A DNA stretch of 64,000 nt from Andalucia godoyi And28 (taxonomy: Eukaryota; Protista; Jakobida): positions 99,615-163,614 of the forward strand of contig VRVR01000040.1 of the NCBI GenBank assembly GCA_009859145.1. The letters run 5' to 3'. Numbering within the stretch: the first letter of the stretch is position 1; each line of letters begins with the position of its first letter. This document shows, piece by piece, positions 31,861 to 40,556 of the stretch. The position numbers were made by a program, and so were the translations under genes. The notes under the pieces are model-generated. The model searched no databases, had not been told where the DNA came from, and saw nothing but the letters and a program-made list of their open reading frames with translations.

Positions 31861-32265
31861 TCAAGCACTTTTCGCCGGGGGGGTCGAAGCCGTGGACTGC
31901 GGTCGGTCGAGATATTCAATATAGCACATCGGAGCCGCATCGCCGGTTCTGAAGCCAGTCTTTACAATGCGAGTGTAGCCGCCATTTCTGTCCTTGAATC
32001 GGCTCGGGAACTCTGCGATGAGACGATCGACGACTTCACGCTCCGTAATGACTGCATGTGCGCGTCGGCGTGCCTCGACAAGGTCCGATCCCGAAAGCTT
32101 TGCAACAGTCACCATCTGATCTGCAACTCTACGAAGTTCCTTCGCCTTTGGAAGCGTCGTCGTAATCCGATCATGTTTCACAAGACTTGTCACCATGTTG
32201 CGCAACAACGCAAGCCGATGTGCAGAGGTTCTACCAAGCTTACGAAACGATATTCCGTGATACAT
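31861..32265 (-). CDS. MRPL17: Mitochondrial ribosomal protein bL17
   Basis: RKLGRTSAHRLALLRNMVTSLVKHDRITTTLPKAKELRR and RFKDRNGGYTRI. Confidence 0.95.
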   Translation of the reverse strand: MYHGISFRKLGRTSAHRLALLRNMVTSLVKHDRITTTLPKAKELRRVADQMVTVAKLSGSDLVEARRRAHAVITEREVVDRLIAEFPSRFKDRNGGYTRIVKTGFRTGDAAPMCYIEYLDRPQSTASTPPAKSA

Positions 32266-32574
32266 CTTGTGTTTTCCCTCTTCCCTTCTTTTTGTTTTCT
32301 TTTTCTTTTTCTTTTCTACTTTAAATTAACAGGTTGGCCTTTTTGTTGGCGCTGACGTGAAAAGGATCCAAGAATGTCAAGTCCCAGTAAGCCAACAGAG
32401 AAAGGACAAGCACGCAAAACATAACCACATGGATTGGATCCGCGGATTAAAGAATGGGAAAACGGCCCTGATTGATGCTGTGATGCTAAATTAAAAACGG
32501 GGATCACCCGCCAAACAGGACAACACACAAATTGCGGAATAGCACACATTTCTTCCTCTCTTATTGCGTGTGTG

Positions 32575-32576
32575 CT

Positions 32577-32624
<48 letters not shown>
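32575..32624. repeat. (GT)n microsatellite
   Basis: About 22 GT units. Confidence 0.92.
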
Positions 32625-32627
<3 letters not shown>

Positions 32628-32670
32628 TTTAATTCGAAAAAAAGAAGAAGAGAGGTTTCAGAAGGTCAAA

Positions 32671-33240
32671 ATGTCTGAAGATGACGCTGCTTTTCGATCT
32701 CAGTTTGACCGGTCTTCTGAAGATTTCCACAATGGAACGCCGACGCCAGTTCCGGTTGGTGGCCAGCGAGTTCCCGAAACCATGCAGGCGCATGCAAATT
32801 GGCAGTCGATGCCGATTGTCGAGCAGACACCGGAGAATTGGGGTCCGGAGCACGATCGGTTGATGAAGCTTCGAAATGATCTTGGAGATCTGAAAAAGAC
32901 TATTTCTGCGCTTGGAATTCCCGTGGAAGGTTGCGCAAAGGCTCGGCAATCAGGTGCCCCCGAAGACGTTTTGATGGAACTGCAAGCGAAAAGAGACACT
33001 GCAATTGCGAACATGGTCGCTATGAAACCGGTCTTTGAAGGGACGGAGTACAGCCAGAAATGCAACGTCATTGATACTATTGCAAAGGAGGCCGTCGAAG
33101 CACAGGATTTGGAACAAGAACAGTATCTCAATTACATGATGCGAATTAAGCAACATACGACAAAGATCTTTGGAGAACAAAAGACGTTGCTTGAACAGAT
33201 CAAGGCGGAAAAGAAGCGCGTTCAGGCTGAAAGAGCATAA
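32671..33240 (+). CDS. Hypothetical helical protein (189 aa)
   Basis: Clean ATG after a purine-rich leader, coding-like composition, coiled-coil C-terminus. Family not recognised. Confidence 0.8.
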   Translation: MSEDDAAFRSQFDRSSEDFHNGTPTPVPVGGQRVPETMQAHANWQSMPIVEQTPENWGPEHDRLMKLRNDLGDLKKTISALGIPVEGCAKARQSGAPEDVLMELQAKRDTAIANMVAMKPVFEGTEYSQKCNVIDTIAKEAVEAQDLEQEQYLNYMMRIKQHTTKIFGEQKTLLEQIKAEKKRVQAERA

Positions 33241-33471
33241 TCCGCGGAGACGTGGGCAGGATGCTTCCTCGTCTTCTCTCCGCGAAAAGTGGGGGGGAGG
33301 TTTGGTTTTTTATGCTGCTGCATTATGGACTGTCATATTTCTTTTTTTTCTTTATTAAAATAAAAAATAAAAAGATTAAAAAAAGAAAAGAAATTACGTA
33401 AGAGATACAGACACACTAGTAACGTTTCCTTTGACGCAACGCTCTTGTAAAATGCTATTTTCCTGCTGCGG

Positions 33472-36400
33472 TTAGATCGAGTAGGAATCAATGGGAGGAT
33501 CTGCTCGCAGCATGGCACCGCAGAAGATGTCATCGGCGATGTTTCGGCACGCGCGGATCGCACGATAAACCGGATCGAACTTAGCCAGCAGCTCGATTGT
33601 CTTTGCGTATCCGTTCTGCAGAAGAGCTGACGGGTACCAACGGACACACGTACCGGACACGATTACAACAGTCGCTGCTCCAGATTCGTGCAACAGAAAT
33701 GAGTCCACACGAACTGGGTGATGTGACGATAGGAAACGGAATCGATCGCTTAGGAGGCAGTACACGGCAAGACTGGTTTCCGCAGCATCCGCAAACAGAT
33801 AGTCGACCCGGGGTAGAAGGGCATCCGATTGGAAAGGAAGCTCGTGGGGAATAGGAATCATTGCGAGACCGTGTTGGGCCGCTCGACGCCCAAACGAACG
33901 CACAAGTTCTTCGACGATCATGCCCGTGCAGACCAGCCACTCAACATTGAGAAGAAACAGCGCGTCCAAACTGCAAATCGAGGAACAAGATAGAGTGATC
34001 CACTCGTAACGAGAAGACTGGACGTTCTGAGGCTCAAGAACGACCTCACATATTTTGGTGCGCTTTCGGGATGCAATCTCAACAGGACACAGGAGAGAAT
34101 TCGTCGATCGACAAGCGACAAGAGAACTGTACAGACCAAGCTCCGCAGACAACGGAGGTTTTGAGAATCCCTCGGCAATCTTAACGCTTCGACTGGTCAC
34201 GCCGTCCAAAAACTTCTGGAGATTCACAAGCCGCTTCTTCAGCTCTTCTTCCGCTGCTGAAGGAGAAGGAAGAGACTGAAACACCGACCACGACGGTAAA
34301 CTAAACGACGGCTTGTCGGTGGGGAAAAGAGCAAATCGGACACGTCGAAATCGAATATTTTCTGTCAACGTCAGGTCGTTGCCGCAAACAAGAGCATCCA
34401 TCGAGTTCCAATTGTAGTTTGCAGCGGCGGTCTGGGGAGAGTTCCAGGACCACTGCCGCGGATCAAACGACTCTGTCATGGGGTTCCAGACATAGCCACT
34501 TGCAGTCCAGGCAGGGATCTTGTCCTCATTTTCTGCACGATAAATCTTGATAATAATGTAGTCATTGACGGGATCGTATTCCAAGATGTGGTACTGCCCG
34601 CCTTTGGAAAGTCGGTATGTTGCGACAGGAGACTTCCGGGGCATGGCAGGTAGGGGTGTCGCACTGGATGGAGCAGACAAGATTGCCGGTTTGGACCGCG
34701 AACTTGCAGAGTGCACGGGGGAACTTTGGGTACTTGGTGATGGTGTCATGATGCTGCTTGGACTGCGAAGAACTTTGGAGCCAGAGTCTTGAATCGCAAG
34801 TGGAGTTTCCTTGTTTTCCGCAGAGACGGCAAGCTGAAATCCTTGATGAAGACGCTGACAAACAAGCTCCCGCATTAAAACATCTGGCTTGTCCTCGTAA
34901 ACTCCAGAACTTGTCAGCGTGTAATTATAAAAGAAGAACGTCTCGGATGACAAGTCCTTTTGCTCCGGAAAGAAAGCGGCAGTCAAAGGCATGATGGCAG
35001 GCTCGGAAAGGCTCTTCCACTTCAAGGACCCAGAGGATCTTTCTGGGTCTGGGAAAATATGAAACCACCGATGCCCTGATGACGCATCGGATTCGGGAAT
35101 TATCCGTGGATCTTCTGCGTCACCACACTCAACCCCAGGGGCGGAAGGCTTAAACGGATCAAAAATCTTTGGCACCTGAAACAGCGCGGAGCTGCCTATC
35201 GCAACCCGCAACATCGAATGCCGCCTGGAGTTTGAACGCGGTCTCGATCGTGCCGTATGAGAACCTGAACCACCACCCCCTTCTATGGAGAATGACGAGC
35301 GATGAGAGTCGGCAGGGTGATCCATACCCCCAAAGGATGTGGACGACTTCCGAATAGACCCAGAAGAAGAACCAAATAGCATCGGATCAAAATGCTCTCC
35401 CCCCACCCGAAGATCGTCCGATGACGACGAGAACGATGACGGGGCAAAGGCAAGCTCAGACGGCTTGCGAGACATTGTCGTTCGATTAAGAGAGTCGGTG
35501 CTGCCAGACAGACCGAGGGCAGCGGTCGGATACTCGGAGATGGGCACCGAATCCTTGCGACTATCCTTGATCATCGCAGAAGGCAGAGACTGCTGTCTCG
35601 GCAGTGAGCTTAGCTTTGGCTGCAGATGCACGGCCGAGCACCGCCCAGCTATCATACGTATTTGCTGAATGTCCAATCGATTGGAACTTACCGGAACTTC
35701 AACAGGCCACACAAACTGCGCGTCCACTTCAAGCTTTGGCAGTGGCGTCAACTCTCGTTGGTTGTCAAGGAACATTGTCTGAATAAACCGCGGGATGTCG
35801 AATCGAATACGAGAGGAGGAGGATGCTTGCTGTTCATCGGCAGAGGACGCAGCGGCGGACGGGTCCGTGGTAATGCGAAACAGCGGTACGGAATGATAGG
35901 GACGAGCTGCAAGAGAAACGAGATCCACTGCGCAACCGACGTCCGCCATCCTCTGATCGGTAAGGGACGCAAGAGATTCGTCCACATCGAAAATGCCTTG
36001 TCCAGCTGTGATTGTCACAATTGCCTGACCGGTTCTATTGAGATCTCGATCAATGTAGTGTTTGTGAAACGCATCAACGGAGAGATTCAAGGCTTCAAGG
36101 AAGTTGCCGTACTGTGCTCGAACAATGCGGTCGCACACTCCTCTCGAGGACTTTGACATCGAAGATTGGCGTCGCGAGGCAACTCCAGACGACGCAAAGG
36201 GACTCCATCCAACAAGGGCCGGAAACGAAAGAATTTCAGAGCGAATCTGAACGACGAGCTCTTCCGGTTTGATTCTAGTTAACCGATCTGCAATAATTTT
36301 GTATTCATCGCGAAGAACACGCTTCATCTGCTTTGGGTGACTGTTGCCTTCGCTCCTGTTCGACGACAAACCTGCACTCTCGTCTTCCGGGACATACGAC

Positions 36401-37077
36401 TCCACTCGAGCGAAGAGGATGATGGTCACCTTATGATTGGTACCCATTGTAACCCACCGGGTGAACATGTCTCGTAGCAGCACGTTACACAGCTTTTCGT
36501 AATAAATATCTCCATCTGGGGCGTATTCCCACAATTCCGCACTGAGCTGGATAAGGACAAAAAAATTCGCAGACCGCGATCTAAAGGTGCACTTCGTTGC
36601 GGCAGTGATGATACCAGAGGACACCAGTTCGCTGTTCCGCATCATTTCACGAACGACAGCACGCATTCCAGCAAATGAGAATTCTCGATTGCGAAACGCA
36701 GGCGATCCCGTAAGGGAGGAAGTAAACCGCCACATATCCGAGCGCGAAATGAACTGGTCGCGAAAGGTAAGCTCCACATAATCCAACGCAACATCATCGA
36801 ATTCGGACTTTGCCGACATCAATCGAACCGTCACCGATTGTCTATTTTGAATTCCAAACGAATCTGCAATGGTTTTTTGGATGGAAAGCTGCATGTTGGA
36901 CTTTGAAGCAGCAAGAAACGACGTGGATGTTGGCCGCAACAAAATCGATGCTTCAATTTCCAGCAAAAAGTCCTCTGGATGCGATATCATCTCTGGAAAC
37001 AAATCCGGACTGATCAGAATATCCTCTGGAGAAAACTTGTCATTGTGAACGGACACCAGCGTCGCCACAAGCGACAT
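33472..37077 (-). CDS. DEPDC5: GATOR1/SEACIT subunit IML1/DEPDC5
   Basis: LDYVELTFRDQFISRSDMWRF, FRSRSANFFVLIQLSAELWEY, GNFLEALNL, DRDLNRTGQ and ELVCQRLHQGFQL. Confidence 0.93.
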   Translation of the reverse strand: MSLVATLVSVHNDKFSPEDILISPDLFPEMISHPEDFLLEIEASILLRPTSTSFLAASKSNMQLSIQKTIADSFGIQNRQSVTVRLMSAKSEFDDVALDYVELTFRDQFISRSDMWRFTSSLTGSPAFRNREFSFAGMRAVVREMMRNSELVSSGIITAATKCTFRSRSANFFVLIQLSAELWEYAPDGDIYYEKLCNVLLRDMFTRWVTMGTNHKVTIILFARVESYVPEDESAGLSSNRSEGNSHPKQMKRVLRDEYKIIADRLTRIKPEELVVQIRSEILSFPALVGWSPFASSGVASRRQSSMSKSSRGVCDRIVRAQYGNFLEALNLSVDAFHKHYIDRDLNRTGQAIVTITAGQGIFDVDESLASLTDQRMADVGCAVDLVSLAARPYHSVPLFRITTDPSAAASSADEQQASSSSRIRFDIPRFIQTMFLDNQRELTPLPKLEVDAQFVWPVEVPVSSNRLDIQQIRMIAGRCSAVHLQPKLSSLPRQQSLPSAMIKDSRKDSVPISEYPTAALGLSGSTDSLNRTTMSRKPSELAFAPSSFSSSSDDLRVGGEHFDPMLFGSSSGSIRKSSTSFGGMDHPADSHRSSFSIEGGGGSGSHTARSRPRSNSRRHSMLRVAIGSSALFQVPKIFDPFKPSAPGVECGDAEDPRIIPESDASSGHRWFHIFPDPERSSGSLKWKSLSEPAIMPLTAAFFPEQKDLSSETFFFYNYTLTSSGVYEDKPDVLMRELVCQRLHQGFQLAVSAENKETPLAIQDSGSKVLRSPSSIMTPSPSTQSSPVHSASSRSKPAILSAPSSATPLPAMPRKSPVATYRLSKGGQYHILEYDPVNDYIIIKIYRAENEDKIPAWTASGYVWNPMTESFDPRQWSWNSPQTAAANYNWNSMDALVCGNDLTLTENIRFRRVRFALFPTDKPSFSLPSWSVFQSLPSPSAAEEELKKRLVNLQKFLDGVTSRSVKIAEGFSKPPLSAELGLYSSLVACRSTNSLLCPVEIASRKRTKICEVVLEPQNVQSSRYEWITLSCSSICSLDALFLLNVEWLVCTGMIVEELVRSFGRRAAQHGLAMIPIPHELPFQSDALLPRVDYLFADAAETSLAVYCLLSDRFRFLSSHHPVRVDSFLLHESGAATVVIVSGTCVRWYPSALLQNGYAKTIELLAKFDPVYRAIRACRNIADDIFCGAMLRADPPIDSYSI

Positions 37078-37547
37078 GATGAAGATGTTGTTATTGTTGC
37101 TATTGTTGCTGTTGTTGCTGCTGTTGCAGTTGTTGCTGCTGGCGGTGTCGCTGCTGAGGCTGCGTTCCTATTCTTTCATGCAGCATAACAGTAAGAATAT
37201 CACTGATGGACAACTTAGATGATTGTTTTTTGTCGTTCTCTTCTTCTGCGCTACACCCTGACACACTGCTCTCGTCCGAGCTGAGGATGCACGGAAAGAG
37301 AGAAAGAGAAAACAGACAGGCGCCTGTCGTTCCATCTACCACCACTCACAGGGTTTTTGCCGGATTCGCTAGCATCAAAGCCGAGCAAAAAGACGCAGCA
37401 GCCGTCAATACTGGCCGGCACCAGCACGTTTTGTTTCACAGGCACTCGTGCTTACGTGCGCTCGGCCAAAATTCAACCGGTGACACAGGCTCCGCATTTT
37501 CGACACTCCTTAACGCAGCATCCGTAGCCATCTATTCTATCATTCGT

Positions 37548-37836
37548 TGGTTCCACTTTTTGCAACGTTTGTTCCATAAGGCGACCGAGTATCGCGAGCG
37601 CCATGTTGCCATCGTGACGGAGGAGCACACGTCCAAAACGTGCGGGCGCTGCGGTGAGATCCATGCACGTCGAGGCGGAAGCAAAGTGTTTGCATGTCCC
37701 GCGTGCAGCTCGCAGATTGATCGAGATTGGGAACGGAGCGCGGAACATCTATCTGAAGAGTGCCGTGAGGCGTGTTGGGGGCCTATCCGCTTCCCGACAA
37801 CGGGATGCAAGATTGAATATGCATGTCTATTCGTAG
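37548..37836 (+). pseudogene. Fanzor2/TnpB-family RNA-guided nuclease, C-terminal relic with +1 frameshift
   Basis: WFHFLQRLFHKATEY..VAIVTEEHTSKTCGRCGEIH..GGSKVFACPAC..IDRDW, then an extra G at 37731, then NGARNIYLK. This gives the RuvC-II Glu, CxxC/CxxC Zn ribbon and RuvC-III DRDxNGARNI. No RuvC-I or N-terminal part found. Confidence 0.85.
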
Positions 37837-37853
37837 GTATGCAACATGTTCAG
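37771..37853 (+). ncRNA. Putative omega-RNA scaffold / transposon right end of the Fanzor relic
   Basis: Stem CGTGTTG(37771-77)/CAACATG(37842-48) encloses hairpin TCCCG-ACAA-CGGGA (37792-805) and a UUCG-capped hairpin GCATGTCTA-TTCG-TAGGTATGC (37821-42), overlapping the CDS 3' end. Confidence 0.55.
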
Positions 37854-39236
37854 TGTATAGTGTAGGCGTTCTTTGTGTTGTGCGCATCGTCGTCGTCGTT
37901 GTCGTCTTCATGATGATCTTCTTCTTCCATCCCATCCGACGCATCCTCCTGTCCGACGCAGCCACTGCGGCCGTTCAGAGCTCGGCACACGCAAAAACGA
38001 ATGCCCAGTGCAGCGTTCCCGTCCCCGTAAGACGAACCGACATTTGCAACGTCACGTATCCTGCTTGTTTCCATCAATCAATCAATGCATTCCATTCGTG
38101 TTAATATGCATGGATGCAGAGTTCGGGATCCCTCGTCTGTGAAGCGGGAGCATTCATGAAGCTCATGCCTGCAAGAACCAAAGAGTCAAAGAAAGGAGCG
38201 CCGGTGAAATACGAAAAAGAATGGGTGGGGGGAAGGAAGATTCCGACAGCAGCCTCGACGGAAGCTTTTCGTCTGCGGTGTGTCGGCATCGCCAGCGTGA
38301 AAGATTCAAACTTCTTTTGGGCAAATCATTGTTTGTTTGTTTGGTTGGTTGTTTTTAGTTGTGGAGGCGGGGGGGGGGGGGTGGGCTTGGGCAAAGTAAA
38401 CCGACAAGAGTGAGTGGGTGGGCACCGCTAGTCCGCCACCCTCTGGTCCAGTATGAAGCCGGGTCCTCAGACAAAATGGTAGAATTAAAATAAAGTAAAA
38501 TATGATCCTGCTATCGATCACCGGTGATTCGCGCTCTGGTAAACCCGGTGCTCAAGCATGTCGATGGTTCTATGCGCGTTGGGGAAAGGAAGGCAATTAT
38601 AGGAGTGACCGACGTTTTATTGAAAATGAAACAGACACGAAAAAACTCTACGAAAATCAGATCGGTGAGAACGTAATTTCACACACACACACACGCTGGA
38701 CAAGATTCGCTTGCAAAAAGCAACCCTCAGATGGCCATTCTTTTATGACTCTTCACACAGGATCGAGAAGTTAAAAAGGGTGGTAAAAGTGTTTTCCTCC
38801 TTGGAAGCTTCTGCAAGACGCACGCTGAACCAGACGACGATGAAGAAGAAGAAGAAACAAGAATCTCTTTTTTTAAATGAATCGCATACCTTCTTGGTCA
38901 AGCCATCTTTCGGCGCCACAGAAATGAAAACACAAGAAGAAACAAGACATAAACGAAAAGAACAAAGGAAACGGACGGTCAAAGAGGCGCGAATATTTTC
39001 GTCTGGCTCTTGATGACTTGATGACTTGATACAAAGGTGGGCCGTGAACTTGATTTTGCTTCGAATTTTATTTTTCTGCGATCCTTAATTTCTTTTGATT
39101 TTTAATAATTTTTTTTCGTTTTTTTTTCTTTTTTGTTCAGACTGCAGGAGTTTTTCAGCTAAACGGTTGGACTGGCAGCGGTGCGTGGTCCTTTTTTTCG
39201 AATTGTGCTTCGTTTGCGTAGATTCCAGTGTCCACA

Positions 39237-40496
39237 ATGGCAAATAGGTTGGGAGATGTTTGCATATTTGGAGCTGGTGTTGTTGGCTCTACACTTGCAT
39301 GTCTGTTGGGGCTCTCGCCGCGAACGCGACATTTGAAGATCACGCTCGTTGATCCAGCAATTCCCGCGATTTTGGCTGGGCATTCTTCAGTTCCAAAGCT
39401 TGGTTCGGTGCGCGTGTCTTCTATCAATCCATCTTCGAGAGCGGTGTTTGAATCTGTCCGAGTCTGGCCTGCATCCGACAGTGATCAGCCACGGAGCTTG
39501 CTTCGACCGTGTAATTTCACAAAAATGAGAGTGTTTGATTCCTCTTATCGCGGTGCTCTTGCGTTTGATGCAGAGGAAGGGAAATCTTTGGGAAGCATTG
39601 TGCACAACCATGCGTTGAACGCCGCTCTTTTGTCCGCTGTTCAGCTCCATTGCACCAATGTGACCCTCATGCCACACACAGATGGTCTTTTGGACTCCGT
39701 GTCACATTTTCGAAACGCATGCGCAGACGCTGGACTCGTGGTTGGAACGGATGGATCTGAATCTAAAGTAAGATCTCTTGCAGGAATCGGAAGAGTTTTG
39801 AAGGACTACGGACACCAAGCAGTGGTTTTCAATGTGCGATTGAATGAGCAGTCGGATGTTGCTGCGCAGGTGTTCCGAAAGACAGGGCCGGTGGCATTGC
39901 TTCCTCTTCCTGATAAGCTGTCGAATGTGGTATGGAGCTTACCAGCACGGGAGGCACATGACTTGCTTCGTGTTTTGGGCTCGACGAGTTCAGCCGATGT
40001 TTTTCAGGTTCAAGACACTCTAAATGAAATGTTTGCTTCCAGACTCGGCATCTTTGTTGAAGAGATATTGGTAGAGGAAAAGGGGAGCTTTCCATTACGA
40101 TCGAGCCATGTGAAATCATATTATGCGGGAAATGTTGTGCTTGCTGGAGATGCTGCGCACACAGTCCATCCCCTTGCGGGACAGGGTCTAAACATGGGAA
40201 TTAGCGATGCAGTGGTGTTAGCCAAGTCCATTGTCGATACGGTTTCCGCTGGACTGGAGCTGGGCGATAATATGGTAGAGCTGGATACGTATCAGCGCAA
40301 TCGATTTATTTCAAACGGTAAGATGATGGTCGCAATGGAAGGCATCAAAAGCTTGTTCGAAGTGGATAACGATGTCTTCCGTGAGATTCGGGCTGCTGGA
40401 ATGAACTTCTTTAGGAACTCCTCGTTTCTCTCGCGACAAGCAGTGAGTTTTGCTTCTGGAGAAGACTTGCCGTTGAGCGATATGCACATTCCCTAG
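39237..40496 (+). CDS. COQ6: FAD-dependent ubiquinone biosynthesis monooxygenase COQ6
   Basis: DVCIFGAGVVG, VRVSSINPSS, LVVGTDGSESKVR, GPVALLPL and LAGDAAHTVHPLAGQGLNMGISD. Confidence 0.9.
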   Translation: MANRLGDVCIFGAGVVGSTLACLLGLSPRTRHLKITLVDPAIPAILAGHSSVPKLGSVRVSSINPSSRAVFESVRVWPASDSDQPRSLLRPCNFTKMRVFDSSYRGALAFDAEEGKSLGSIVHNHALNAALLSAVQLHCTNVTLMPHTDGLLDSVSHFRNACADAGLVVGTDGSESKVRSLAGIGRVLKDYGHQAVVFNVRLNEQSDVAAQVFRKTGPVALLPLPDKLSNVVWSLPAREAHDLLRVLGSTSSADVFQVQDTLNEMFASRLGIFVEEILVEEKGSFPLRSSHVKSYYAGNVVLAGDAAHTVHPLAGQGLNMGISDAVVLAKSIVDTVSAGLELGDNMVELDTYQRNRFISNGKMMVAMEGIKSLFEVDNDVFREIRAAGMNFFRNSSFLSRQAVSFASGEDLPLSDMHIP

Positions 40497-40556
40497 TTGG
40501 CACTTTTTATTTTTTGTTCTTTGTTCTTTGTTTCCCCTGTTTACCGATTCAAACCA

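Noticed and set aside
31861-32265. bL17 without presequence as bacterial contamination or recent transfer
   Set aside because: Mitochondrial bL17 proteins commonly lack a long cleavable extension, and the gene sits in typical eukaryotic context.
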